A stretch of DNA of 52,771 nucleotides, the filler included, from Catajapyx aquilonaris (taxonomy: Eukaryota), in assembly GCA_000934665.2 (NCBI GenBank). It is 3 parts of 3 records of this genome, joined end to end, with 100 filler letters (N's around TTAATTAATTAA, not from the genome) between each part and the next. Parts side by side here need not be neighbours in the genome. Positions count along the whole stretch, not along the records: positions 35,176 to 52,771 come from KZ539617.1; 2 more parts are not named here. One strand, written 5' to 3'. Below, piece by piece: positions 35,176 through 48,671 of this stretch. The first letter of the stretch is position 1; every line of letters starts with the position of its first letter. Position numbers and translations under genes: made by a program. Under the pieces are notes generated by a model. It had not been told where the DNA came from. It saw only the letters and a program-made list of their open reading frames with translations, and made no database searches.

Positions 35176-35839
35176 ATCTGAAAAGGTCGGATTTAGACTT
35201 CAAAGGGGAGACTTATTTACCTTCATAAAATGCCCATACGTCGCACCGGTATGTATGTATGAAGAGGGGGTTTTAAAAAAGAGCCAGCTTTTCACCCACG
35301 CTGTATATACAAGTGCATGCAACTCAGCTGCTCTGGTTTACCACTGGACGGATTTAACCGGGCTCTTAGAGTTTGTGTGTGTAATTTTAACGCTGAGAGG
35401 AGCAATTCATTCAATTAAAAAAAGTTTGTAGTTATGGTAAAATATGGGGATGTCATTTTTGAAGGGGAAAAAGGCGATTATTGGATGGAAGCCAGCCAGG
35501 CATGTTGACTCACCCTGTGATTTTGACTGACGCAATATCATGTTGTGTGACCTTACTCGAGACAAGGTTGACACTATGTTAATAGGATTGCTTTTGCTCA
35601 ATTGCAGTGTACAATAAAAAATTTATTAATGATTTATATGGAATTCTAAATAATTTTGAGAGACAATGTCAACTACAAAAGTCACTAAAACTATTCACAC
35701 TGTTGAATTTTGAAGCTTAAAAATAATTAAAATAAATATTGTAGTAATTTTTACATTCCATTGATGACATATTACATTTAATTTTTAAAATCTAACCGAT
35801 ATTTTATTAAATTTAATTAATTAATTTGCTCTAATATGA

Positions 35840-36130
35840 CTAATTTACTTTTATTTAATTGATATTGATTTAATTCATTAATATTTATATTCCATTGAAT
35901 TCGTGAATTTTTATTTGATTTAATTCATTAACTGTTATTTTATTGAATTCATTAATTTTTATTTGATTAAATTCATTCACTTTTATTCTATTGAATTCAT
36001 TAATTTTTATTCTATTAAATTCATTAATTTTTATGCTGTTGAATTCGTTAACTTTTGATTGAATTCATGTTGATTTAAATGAGATAATATTGAAATATAA
36101 CTTATGACATTAAATTCGTTAATTTTCAAA
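35840..36130. repeat. Degenerate AT-rich minisatellite (ttgaattcattaatttttatt-like unit)
   Basis: Recurrent aattcattaa / gaattc units at about 20-25 nt spacing. Confidence 0.75.
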
Positions 36131-38757
36131 ACCTTGCATTACAATATCAATATTTCAATTGAATTTATATTAGACTAAATTTGTTACATTAAATTTAAAA
36201 TAAAATATTAAATGTCTTCTCAAAATAATGATGTCACCTCTCGTGTCACTGTTATGGTGACATTGTAACTTGAAGAAATATGAGTACAATAAACATCTAT
36301 TTTAGACATAGGCTACTGGTGAAACTTTAAGGTTCAAAAAATCCCAAAAATTCAAACTCGAAATAGGACAACCACCCTATGACGTCACATCGACCTGCCT
36401 TTACCTACAACAATGCACCTTATCATCTCTTCCCAAAAAAAGGGGCCTTCATTCAGATTTGTTATTTTAACACCGGACAATCCCAGCCATAACTCTTTTC
36501 CGGGACAATCCCCCACTCTTTTTTTTGGGAGGAGGGGTGGGGGTGAGTACAAAACCTCCCCTCCACCCTCATGGGACTGTTTCACCAAAAAATCAACCTC
36601 CAACCAACCTCCACCATAGCTGTCCCATTCATTCACCATTTTATATCAGGCTTTACGCTCGGTTGGACCAAGTCCGCTTGAGGTCGCGCCTTCGACGCAC
36701 CCTCCAAAAAATAGTGACGGCAGTTAAGGCCCACCCCCCCTCCTGGTCCTACACTGTCCCCCCCCCCTCCCAAAAAAAGTGCATGGGCAGCATGTCCAGC
36801 TCTGGATAACAATAGGATTACTATGGGGGTGTGTGTGAAAGAGTTGGTGGGGAAAATGTGAACGGGGCTCGGAATTGACTCATTGGCAATCAGGAGAACG
36901 CGTTCGGTCGCGTCGAAAACGAGTGAAATTTGCACCCATAGAGATAGGCTAAGTGTCGTATGGGGGAGGTAGGGAGAGGTGGTGGGGGGAGGGGGGAGAG
37001 ACCAGCGGTTGAATAAAGTGTTTGAAGTTGCTGTCAAAGCGCCGTAAATTAAACTGTCGATATGTTCAAAATGCTGACGGTTAGAAGGCATGGAGCCTGC
37101 CAAAAATATCCGTTGGGCAAGTTAAAAGCCAGGCTTGGGTGTGGAGGAGTCAATCCAGTAAATGGTGGGATGATAAATTTTTTTTGAAATTTTATTTTGG
37201 GTTCAAAAAACGAATTTTGCAAAGAAATTGAAGTATTGTGGAATCATTACGATATATTCCAATATTATAAGACAATAAATATAAAGCAATAATAATAAAT
37301 AATAATATTGATAATTTATTACATGATATTTAAGTAACTTATATTCGTAATTAACAATTAATATACGTATAGACGATTTATTGCGTATACGTACACATAA
37401 TTATAGACTACGTATTGCGTATACGTACACGTATAGACTACGTATTACGTACACGTATACGTATGTAGACTATTAACAACAACAACAACAATCAACAATG
37501 GCAATTTGGAATAATTGTAATCATTCTGAAACACTAATTTCAGATGATTATGGGATAATAATTATCAGAAATTTACTAATGATATCTGCTGGTTACAATG
37601 GATGTAACTAGCTAAATATTGCAACTATTTGATACTCAAATATGGAGTGATCCAGCAAATATTTGTTGTATATTTATTTAATTTATTTTTACACATGCGT
37701 AGATGACTGTGACCCATCAAATATGAGTCAAACAAAATAGTGAGCGTTTGAGTTTAAAATATATACTAAAATTGAGCATACATGTACCAGGTACATGCGT
37801 GTCATATGGTCAAAATTGTCTAAAAAAAAAGAGTCGGTGGGCCAATTAGCGTGCAAAGTGGATTTCAAATTTTGGTGTAGAATCATTCATACCCACAGTT
37901 GCACATGATAGCTGTAGGTGGAATAAGCACACAAAAAATAACGTAAACTACACTCCCCCCCCCCCCCCNNNNNNNNNNNNNNNNNNNNNCTCTCTCTCTC
38001 GTCAAGATGGCTTCTGTATACTCCTGAACAAAGTCAGCACTTTTTTTATAGTTATGAATTGCACAACCTGGAAACATCCTGGGTAACATATGTATTTTTT
38101 TAGCAACTATAAGGTTGTGGTCCTGAATTTTTATGATGGACATTTTTTTTTTTTGAACTGATCATTATATATATGCAAAAAAAAAAATCCCTTCCATTTT
38201 TAAGTCCACACTTCTCATTCGGGGGAGCTAAATCCCCTACGCTACTTTACCCTCATATAATTTGATCCCTTTTTTCCGGATTTGTTCTCCCAAAAATCCT
38301 TCCATTGTCGACCACACCATCAATGGCAGGGGTTTGCTAATGAAATGTGCGGGGGGGGGGGGCTCACTCCTTTTTTTCTCTCTCTCTCTCTTTACCCCTC
38401 AAAAAAGTAGGGATGTTACATACCCCCCCACCAAAAAAAAGCGTTGGTCCGGTAGGAGTGTGAATGCAAATGTAAGAATGGAAATCACTCCCCGGTGTAT
38501 TCTCTAATCCAGAGCTTTTCCAATCCTCTTTGTACATCGTTGGGTAAACAGAGTTGTGAAAACAAGTGAGTTACACCGGTAGCCTCTGAACCCTCCCTCG
38601 AATTAATTACCGTGTTCAAAGACAACTCATTTGAGTTCCCCAATTTCAAACGTGCCCACAAAACCCTATGCGGTGCTTTGGTTTGCTTAACAAAAATCAC
38701 ACGAGCTTTTTTTTTCTTTCTTTTGGATCAAAAATGGTTTGTTCCTCTTGTGAATGT

Positions 38758-38759
<2 letters not shown>

Positions 38760-38824
<65 letters not shown>
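38760..38824. repeat. (AAT)n microsatellite
   Basis: About 21 perfect units. Confidence 0.97.
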
Positions 38825-38825
<1 letters not shown>

Positions 38826-39239
38826 CGAGGTCTGTTATAGCCAAATACCAAATCGTCACTTTTGCAACGAATACGCAGTTTTCTGCTTTCAACATTGCTT
38901 ATAATGTACACTACTGACGTATATACTGATTAATGAAATCCATCAAAAATGCAATAGGTAATTAGCTTATCCGAAATTATGTAGGACCCCCAAAAAAAAT
39001 CCGAAATTTTCTTCAGCAGTTTCCTTTTTGCCAATTTTATGTCAGGAAAATCGTATTTTCCCGTCAAGGGGCCAAGAAATGGTCTGTTATACCCAAGGTG
39101 AGGTGGAAATGAGTCTGTTATATCAGGAGTGATAAATTTTCACTCCTGATATTTAATACACAGGGACTTATGGAACGTTGCCTGGACCGGACTTTCGAGT
39201 CCGTTATAACCTAGGCTCTTATATCCGGATTCAACAGTA

Positions 39240-39642
39240 ATAACAACAACAACAACAAATTTATTGAGACCAGCCTGCATCCAGACCGTTTCACGACTCA
39301 CTTTTGGATACAAAGTCAATCCCCTCCCCTGGGTCTACCAACCGACACATTCTGCCATCTAGTGAGGGTCACAGCCTTTTAAGAGATCATGCTACCACTG
39401 ACAACTGATAGTTACTACTATCTAAGCAGTTCCTACGTTAAAAGTAACTAGCAGTGGGACGAAAATTACACCCCATCTTTTCAGTGACCATCTTTAACGA
39501 TTGCCTGTGCTGCGATGAGATTGTGGGATGAAACGGGAGAGAAAACCCACACGAACACGGAGAGAACCCATCGACATGTCAGACCCGGGAATCGAACTCG
39601 GAACCTCAGAGGTGTAATGCTGCGGCATTAACCACTACACAT
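39240..39642 (-). mobile_element. Second tRNA-derived SINE family, V-domain-like, degenerate
   Basis: Minus-strand head GTGTAGTGGTTAA...GAGTTCGATTCCC, then the segment read on + as GAAAACCCACACGAACACGGAGAGAAC (V-SINE-like, from memory of the consensus). 3' end is AATAAA followed by (TTG)n. Confidence 0.6.
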
Positions 39643-40579
39643 TTAGGATAAGATATAATACACAAGTAGGACATATGGACCTAATTGGCCCCAATCAGAG
39701 TAAAAGCGTGTACTCTGCACAGTTACAGTCAATACGGCGCCATAAACCACACTGCAATTACACCACGGGTTGTAACCCGTCATTGCTGTGGAGCCAAATA
39801 AAAAATTACGTTGTTTACACCAGTCCACTTAAGCGTGATTAACATGTGCATTATGTATGCTAGAGCCGTAAAGTGGTCTCACTTTGTACAACTTTGGGAC
39901 CAGGGGGGTTTAATGCAAGACGTCAGTAAGTACTGGCACCATAACTCAAGCAGGGTGTGGGGAGAGGAGGATTTTTATGGAATAATAAATTGCATTAACG
40001 TCGGAGCCAAAAGTCTCGCTAAGATACCATTGTGATCTTTTCTAATTAGCGTTTAGAGGGAGTTACGGCCAATTATCTGGCTTAACAAAGAGGCTTAAAC
40101 TTTTCCTTTGTGCTCTTGCAGCTCCTTTTCCCTATCCACCCTGCAAGCGTATTTTTGATAAAAAGTTGAAACAAGCGGGGAAAAAAGTGAGAAACAGCAG
40201 GAGCTGGGTTCAATTCTTTACACACCCTTTTAAAGCCGTATCTAGGATCAAATAGTTTCAAGACGTTCATCTGGATACGACCGTCTGTTTTGCCCATTGA
40301 GGATCCAAACCTTGTAAATATATGCACATATTGGCCATCTTCGTCTCAACTGCTTGACTCAGGAATAAACTCGGGTAGAGAGAGTACTGTATACCCAAGT
40401 CTGAGAACCAAGGTCATCTAGCTGTGGCCCAGCACAAAGGTTTAAGACTCCTGTATAATTTTTTGACTATTACTTCATAGAGTATACTGTTTATTTCTAC
40501 TCTTAATAGTCTGTGAGCCATGAACTTTGTCATGCTTTTGCCCTTCGTAACGGTCCCTAACAAGCCGAGAAGGCATACA

Positions 40580-41200
40580 TTTTTATTATTTACAGTATAT
40601 ATTATTTGTTTGCTTGTTTATTACTTGTTTGTTTATCATTTATTTTTATTACTTTGTTATTATTTTATTGATTGTTTTTTCATGATTGATTATTGTATAT
40701 TATATTTGTTTGTTTGTTTGTTTATTACTTGTTTGTTTATCGTTTGTTTTTTATTTGTTCGTTTATCATTTATTTTTTATTACTTTGTTATTATTTTATT
40801 GTTTGTTTTTTCATGCTTGATTATTATATTATATTATATTTGTTTGTTTGTTTATTACTTGTTTGTTTATCATTTGTTTTTTATTTGTTCGTTTATCATT
40901 TATTTATAATTTATTTGTTTGTTTATTATATATTATATTTGTTTGTTAGTATGTTTATTACTTGTTTGTTTATAGTTTGTTTTTTATTTGTTCGTTTATC
41001 ATTTATGTAGAATTTGTTTGTTTATCATTTGTTTGTTTATCATTTATTTTTTATTACTTTGCTATTATTTTATTGTTGTTTCTTCACGATTGATTATTAT
41101 ATATTATATTTGTTTGTTTATAATTAATTTATTTGTTCATTATTTATTTATTTGTTCATTATTTATTTATTTGTTGTCTTATATATGTTTGTTTATTTCC
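40580..41200. repeat. T-rich low-complexity compound tandem repeat
   Basis: Recurrent blocks tttgtttgtttattacttgtttgtttatc and ttattactttgttattattttattg. Confidence 0.9.
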
Positions 41201-43214
41201 TAGCTTGATTATTTTCAATCATTTATTAGAGTTGACAGTGCACCGCATAATTGAAATTAAACTATCATACAATTCTGTAAAAAAAAGTTATTTCAACACA
41301 ACATGCAGATTTGGAGCCATAAAACAATTGCGCATCTCTTCTGCGCCTATCGCACAACTGCGCATAGATTCTGCACATATCCCTACCACTGCGCACCATT
41401 TCCGCGCATTTCCCAATATTTCACCTACTTTAACCCCTGAAATCCATGCATTGGAACCCCGGCTTGGCCCATTACCGGGTCTTTATAACCCCCGCCGAAA
41501 TACACACGTCGCACTAAATCCATTTTGTTCCAGGGGGGGGGGGNGGCGCCAAATCGATATATTCAACCCACCACTATTTTTTTTTTAAACCTTTCTGGCC
41601 CCAAAAAATGCTCCGTGAGGAAAATTCATTTGACGTGATATTTATGAGGCTTTATCACCTTAATTATATCAGTTGTCCACTTTATTTGCAATTTGGAAGG
41701 GCGGCCCCCTAGGTGATAAATTTCTGGTGATCAGTGGAGGCCATCTGCTTTTTTCTTCCTCTTTCTTGCGTTTTTTTCTGTTCCTCTTTCTTGCGTTTTT
41801 TTTTCTTCGTAACCTCCTCCATTTTTCGCCCCCCCCCCCCCNCCCCCCCCCCCCCTCTCGCTATTCTCTTTTCGAACTTTTCCTTGGTCCCGGAAGCAAT
41901 TAAGGCGTCAGGACGAGAAATATTGTTGGAGCAAGAAGGAATCAGTCAAGCGATACGTGTAAAAGATGGCGAAGAGTAATATTCCAGGGGCCTGAGCCTC
42001 TCCCCCACACCCCCCACCCCTTGCCCTAGCACTCGCTTCTTTTTATAAATGAGTTTCTTTTTCAGAACTCGAAACGAAAAAAAACCAAGGTCTCAACATA
42101 GTTTTTTGTCGCATTTGTCACAATTTCCGGTGACACTTTTGACACCGGATTTTTTTCGGAAACGTGTTGATTGTGAGGTTTGAATTAGTAAAGTTGTGTA
42201 CTTATAGGTACCCCGGATTTTAATTTATGCTATTGTTGTTGCTAACCACTAGGAGGGGGGGGGGGATTCAGAACTTCAAAGTGATTTCGACTCAAACGTA
42301 AAATAATTGCATTTCCTTCCTCGCTTTTGAAATATACGAAAATCGTAAAAAAAAATCCAGCGTTATTTTTTTTGAGATGAAACAATATTTTTGATTCGCT
42401 ACTACCTGCTGCGTGCATTATTAGGTTCGTACACAACCAGCCGAGTTCTAATATTCCATAGCTACAGGAGTTCAGAGCACGTAAATGAACTTGAGGCATA
42501 AACCATCAGACTTGACCTAATAAACCGGAGGAATGGAAAGTGCTGACCTGGCTCACGTCCTGAGGGGGACCATATGCAGCGTACACCTACAGAGGTGCAT
42601 GAGTGCACTGCAGGTCTATAATGTAAACGGGTAGGGCAAGTACTATAGATAATAATAGCAGGCTATGGATATGGAGCCCATTATTATTCCAAAAGCTGAG
42701 TTTACCACGAAGATCGTGGTGGTTAAGGTTTTATTGGTCAAAACGTGTGTCAATGAAGCTTGCACTGAGCTGGAAATTGCTGCCAGAAAGGACATATTCA
42801 AATAAAGGACCGCAGATGGCGTCAGATGCCAGTTGGGTCGGAATTGCTCAGGCGATGGTGGCGCTAATCTGGCGGAGGAGCTGATAGTAAAAATGCAAAA
42901 TATTATTTTGGACATAGCTCAAAAGAGGCGGAGAAATGTGTAATCCTGATAAATTTTTCATTCCCAATAATTGCTGACGAGAGCTTTGCAACGAGCCATC
43001 TCCCGACCCGCTACGACGTCGGGAAGTTTGATATCTTTTCTACCATCCTCGAATATGGGCTTTTATTTGACTTAGTAACCGTCAGTAACTTCGTCTATCC
43101 GAAAGAACAGCTGTAATAAAACTAATTTAGACGAAATTGGGCAAAAAATGGCCACAATAACGTTCGTTGCCTTACAGCGCACAAGACGGGCATTATTAAC
43201 GTATACAAACCCAC

Positions 43215-43479
43215 GCTTGGCGTCCACCACGATCTCATGACTTTGTACGGCGAAGTGGACAAGGTTTGGCGCCCAGCCAAACTATCTCACAGGTTTTTTC
43301 GGCAGGCGACTTGGCGCGTTTTTGAGGGGGATTTTGTTTACAATAGGCTTGGCGTCCACCACGATCTCTTGACTTTGTACGACGAAGTGGACAAGACTTG
43401 GCGCCCAGACCAAACTATCTCACAGGTTTTTTCGGCAGACGACTTGGCGCGTTTTTGAGGAGGATTTTGTTTACAATAG
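43215..43479. repeat. Tandem duplication of an about 132-bp unit (2 copies)
   Basis: gcttggcgtccaccacgatctc...gattttgtttacaatag starts at 43215 and 43347, with few mismatches. Confidence 0.93.
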
Positions 43480-44984
43480 TTGTGCCATTATTTACTATTT
43501 TTCCACTCGTACTATTTTAACTAAGGACAGGCGACAACACAACACCTTAATGTCAAGAATAATAGATGTCACTCAGTAAACCAGATTGTCGCTTCAAGGT
43601 TGTACTTATCACCACACTAATCCTCTATCTACTATCCTAGAATAATTCCCAAAATACGGCGCATCAAGCCCTGAGGTTTCCTTGTGCCTTGACTGATTAG
43701 AATGGGTACCACCTGAACTTGACTGATGTCCTGGGGTCTCGCACTGAAATTCCAGGCTGGTCCGCTGACTCTATTAATCACGACACTCTCCCCCCCTCTC
43801 TCACCCATTAACAGATTCCAGTGTGATTTTCCAGATCACACATTCTGGTGGCTTCTAGCTCAAACATGAGAATTTCAAGATGGCCGCCCACAGGAATTCT
43901 TTTTTTTTGTATTTAAAATTATTTCCAAGCCTTAAAATTCCTGGTGTAATTGCAAAATCCGGACCCCCCTTGTTTATTATACACACTCTCTCTGGTAGTA
44001 GGATATACCCAGCAATAAAACCAGCCGCATTAAGACTTGAGGACAAAATTTATCCAGCTTTACATTTCTACTGGAAAAAAAGTGGTTCAAGATCCGTCGT
44101 ACATACTAATGTGCTGAGGCCATTTTAATATCGTTTTGTCAGGCACGTAGAACCAGGCTTTGGTGCCAAAATGAAAGGAGGGAGGGAATAATAATAATGG
44201 GAGAAGAAGGAGCGAGTCTCAGGAAAGTTGTACTTCATCGGAGGAGGGAAGGCCTTACTGGTTTTTAGCGCTGATAATTTGCGTAATAATGAATCCTTAC
44301 TAACGTTTTTCCCGGAGAAATTTACGGTTATGGACCCAGACTGCTTTTTCAGCTCTGTGCGAAATTTATGGCGGCTTAAAAAGAGAGGGGGGGGGGTGCT
44401 CTAAGGGTTTTAGACAAAAAAAAAACTGGGACTAAAAAAAAATCGTATCGATCCGATGTTGACAGCTTGTCTGCGACCGAAATACCCCTGAGAGTAAATT
44501 AGCCCACCTTCCCTCCTAATTGGGAATTTATAGGGCGTAATTACAGAGTTTCCTCCTACCCCCACTGAAAACCTTCCAGGAGAGTTACAACTCTCTGGCA
44601 TTCATTCCAACTGGGATAATGGTTTTCAAACGGATTGTTATTTAACGTCTAGGGAGGGTTGGATCTCCCACGACCCAAGCACGGATGTGTGTAACAATGC
44701 TCTGGGTGGGTCCAAATCATTCCATGGGATTTAATTGCTGGAAAAAGACATGTGCGGTTTTTAATGATTCGTGTATGGGGTGGGAAGTGTGCCAAAATAT
44801 AAGTGCGACCAATGACTTGAAGTTTTAACAAAAATGGTATGTTCAAGAACACTGTCTTCTAAAAGACAAAAAATCTTGAAATGAATAATTTTCTGAAAAT
44901 AGTCCTGAAACTAATAGTCCAACTACTAATCATTATTAAGACTAATAAATTGTTGAAACGATTTCTGAAACTAATCATTTCCTG

Positions 44985-45480
44985 GCAATTTCCTGAAATA
45001 AATTCATGATAATTACCTGAAATAAATTCGTGACGATTTCCTGAAATAAATTCATGACGATTTCCTGAAATAAATTCACGATAATTTCCTGAAATAAATT
45101 CGTGATGATTTCCTGAAATAAATTCGTGATAATTTCCTGAAATAAATTCATGTTAATATCCTGAAATAATATCCTGATAATTTCCTGAAATAAATGCACG
45201 ATAATATCTTGATATAAATTCATGATAATATTTCAAAAACTTATAATTTCCTGAAAAATATTCATGTGACCAATGATATATTTTCTGAAAAATATTCATG
45301 TAACTAATAATTTTCTGAATGGCCTGAAAATTCATAAAAAAATTTCTACAACAAATAATTTCTTGATAATATTCCTTAAACGAATTATTTTCTGAATTTA
45401 TTGAAAACTTATAAAAAATATTCCTGGGACCAATAATTTTCTGAATAGATATTCCTGAAACTAATAATATTTATCTGAAT
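44985..45480. repeat. 24-bp minisatellite (ATTTCCTGAAATAAATTCRTGAYR), decaying rightwards
   Basis: About 10 regular units at 44988-45230, then degenerate copies. Confidence 0.93.
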
Positions 45481-47151
45481 TCCCTGACAATTCATTATCA
45501 ATACTAATACTAGTTCCAGTACTTGCTGGCTATTAGCACATTGTACAAACTCAGCGAGTGTGAGCTTTAAAAATATAATATTTTAATACATACACCATGG
45601 CCATATATTGTCAAACTGTACAATGCAGCACGCTGTTAACACGCATTATTGCAGTCACACAGTTTGTTTTGTCCAATACAACTTATTAAATTAATTGTAA
45701 TCGAGTTCTACTTGTTTAATTAATTTAGCAAGCGCGCTAGGGCATTTATGCGACAATTTTTTATCAATAAGCCCCGGGGTTTCATGTTATGTTGTAACAT
45801 TGAGCATCATTAGTCAGGGGCTGTACCTGTTATTACATTATTATCATTTACATGCTCGCTAATTAATCCAGCTTCCATTGTCGCGAAGCTTGGCTGAATA
45901 TTGGGATTATCAATGTCACAATTAATTGTGATAGAACGTGTCGAAGTCATTGCCTCGTTATGAACTTTTATACATTTGACCCGATTCGTTTCATCGAGAG
46001 TCTGCAACAAACAATGCGTTTCATCCGATTATTTGTTGCGCAATTATTTATTTGCATTGGACCACAGCAGCACGACTTAATTAGAGTTAATGAAACAAAG
46101 CAACGCGTAAAATTGTGTTTGCCCCCTGTTTTTTCAAAATAGGATTGCTTTGGCTAATATTTACCAATATAATGCGAATTTTGCACTTAATTAAAATGTT
46201 TGTAGTCTGATTGGTGTGTCACATGCAGTGTTAGTTTAATTGCTGATCAGTAGGTTCTGAGATATGTCAGGAATTATTAGAGGCGTTAAAAAATTACCAT
46301 TGTTCCTTTCACCTTAAAATTGCAAAATCCGAAGCCCCATTTGTCTCAGTCTCCTTTAGTCCACACTAACGCACTACATAAGCTTCAACCCTCCCCTCTT
46401 CCCCCTTCTCCCTTCCCCCCCTACATATCCTATGAAATATTCATTTTTCCTTTCCCTCCCGCGGAATGAAAGCAACAAAATTGTAATTTATGGCGGAACA
46501 GAAGGCGAGACCGGCAGATCCTACCCCCCCTTTTTTCCAGCCCTCCTTCCCACTCCTCCATCCCCTTTCTGCCTTTAAAAAAAACAGACAAAAGTCACTG
46601 TCTAATATCGAGAAAAACGGAAAAAAATTACCAATCGATTCTTAAAACATCGATACTCACATTTTTACCCTTTAAAAATTTTAAAGGGTAAGGTCTACTG
46701 TTTGTGTTCAAAATGTGTTACTGTAATGAAGTGTTGAAACTGGTTGTCCCCAAGGCGAGACACAAAAACTCGTATCACTTGTGTGTAGGCTATATCTATA
46801 TATACACACCTGGTGAGTGTGGCACGTAACATCCAACCACACCCGGAACACATTACACATAGATTGAATGCCGTCCTGGTGAGGCCAGAGAGGCACATTT
46901 TATGAGCTTGGCTTCCAGGAGGCTTGGGGCTCAGATACGCTCGTCATGAAGGATGAGCCTGTCTCCACACCACATTCATTACGGTTCTGCTCTACTTTCA
47001 CTGCCTCACTTCCAGAACCAGTTTTTTTGCTCAGGGTATAGTCAGCCATATCAAATATGGAGGGAGGGGTGTGACAGGTACAAATTTTTAAATTAAATGT
47101 TGAAATGTAGTAAATTTCGATATTTGAATGAACAGTGCGATTAGTATGACA

Positions 47152-47666
47152 TCTTCTATATAAATAAAGCCGTTTGTGAGTCTGTCTGTCTATCCGCCTG
47201 CCAACCGTCATTTGCCTGCCATCTGTGGTCCGGGTGGGAAGGACGGGAGGGGTTGCAGCTGAGGTGGGATTAGAGTGCATCCAGATTGTGAGCAGGTGGG
47301 GGGAGGGAGCGTGATTCCAGTAGACTTTTTTGAATGGGGCTATGTTGAATACGATACGATACGACACGGTGGACAACAAAGGCATAGAATGTTGTCAGTC
47401 TCATTTCCCGTTACCAAGAAACCCAAGAAAATTAATTTACAAGGTGTATACTTGACCTTACTGGATAGAGTTAACCCAGAAAACCGGAAGTGACCGGTCA
47501 CCGGAAGTTGACAATGAAACCTATTTTGGTCACGCTTAATCTGAGTCCGAAAACCGATTGTCACTAATCTCTTGCGGTCAGAAAAATTCTAAGAGTCTGG
47601 AAAATGACTCGAAAATTTTGAGTTATAATAACTCAAAATTTCTGAGGGTCATGTATCTATCACTAG
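47152..47666 (+). mobile_element. Possible non-autonomous Helitron
   Basis: A|TCTTCTATATAAATAAAG followed by gtctgtctgtctatcc (typical animal Helitron 5' end) and a candidate 3' CTAG|T at 47663-47667. The subterminal hairpin is not convincing. Confidence 0.45.
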
Positions 47667-47800
47667 TTAAATCAAATTGCGTACTGAAACTTATTTCATT
47701 TATTCATTTTTCAATTACCTGAGCTAAAATATGTTTTTATATGTTGCCGTTGGGTGGCAGAGGGAGTGGCTATGCGGAGGGGGGAGGGGAGATAAAGTTT

Positions 47801-48049
47801 CACTGAAACATCGAGTGACAAAATGGAATGGTCAAATTGAGCGGTGGGTTCACTCAAATTGAGTTGTCTTTTCGCTCCGTGAGTGGAAAATCCCCTTAAG
47901 TTGAGTGAAATGATCGCTCAGTTTGAGTAAAAATATTTCACTCAAGTAATCGAGTGATTTTCACTCAAATCGAGTGAGATTCAAATCAAGGAGACAAAGT
48001 GAAAAATCACTCAAATTGAGTGGAAAAACGCTCGAAATTTTATGGAGTG
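47801..48049. repeat. Cluster of short palindromic CACTCAAATTGAGTG motifs (CACTA/EnSpm-like subterminal repeats)
   Basis: Repeated cactcaaat / tgagtga units between CACT and AGTG ends. Confidence 0.5.
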
Positions 48050-48383
48050 CGTACATTTGTCTATTTGAACGATAGCTCTCGTTGCTTGTGCTCATTTTGA
48101 GTGAATTGCCAACTACTTACCACAACCTCAAACCTACTACTTAACTATGATTAATCATTTACTTATAGCTCACTATTAAATCACTCAATTATTATAGTAT
48201 GCCTAAACTATCAAAAATAAAATGAGCTGAACTATTCATTAAACTCACATTTGAGCGACCCTGTAATCATCTTTATTTATTTACTTTCTTTATTCGTTCA
48301 AAATCGATTTGCCAAATATGTGAAGAGTGACCTGCAAAATATATGTATTAATAGAAGTGTATCTACGTATATACAGTATATTT

Positions 48384-48671
48384 CACCGAAGCAGGTTGGC
48401 ACAGTGGATAAGGCGTCCGACTGCTAATCGGGAGGTCCATGGTTCGAATCCCGGGGCCGGCAATTCTGACCGTGGTTTTCTGTGGTTTCCCACGGTCCTT
48501 CCAGGGAAATTCCGGAGTTGTTTCCGTAATTAATAGGCCACAGCCGCTTCCTTCCGTCCCTATCCCATCCCAAAAAGCACAGTAAAATGAAAAGCAAAGA
48601 GTTCCAGGCAAAACAAACTTCCCCCCTAAAGAGGCCGATGGCTGATATAACGGGGTATGAATTATTATTAT
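48384..48671 (+). mobile_element. tRNA-derived SINE, short form (about 290 bp)
   Basis: A box TGGCACAGTGG (48397-48407), B box GGTTCGAATCC (48441-48451), central GGTTTTCTGTGGTTTCCC...TCCAGGGAAATTCCGG...TAGGCCACAGCCGCTTCCTTCC resembling the Nin domain, (ATT)n tail, and 14-bp TSD TATACAGTATATTT (48370-48383, 48672-48685). Confidence 0.92.

Noticed and set aside
40520..41203. Hydrophobic ORFs resembling membrane proteins (also 50574-50924)
   Set aside because: Translations of T-rich low-complexity repeats.
44975..45223. ORF with NLFQEIIT repeats, or a CRISPR-like array
   Set aside because: It is a head-to-tail 24-bp minisatellite (a multiple of 3, hence the open frame) with no unique spacers, in a eukaryotic context.
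45810..47050. Minus-strand exon-like ORFs (TLDETNRVKC..., MADYTLSKK...)
   Set aside because: No recognisable homology, internal stops, and no consistent splice chain.
48384..48460. tRNA-Ser(GCT) gene
   Set aside because: No acceptor stem; it continues into SINE body, tail and TSD, and there are three copies in the window.
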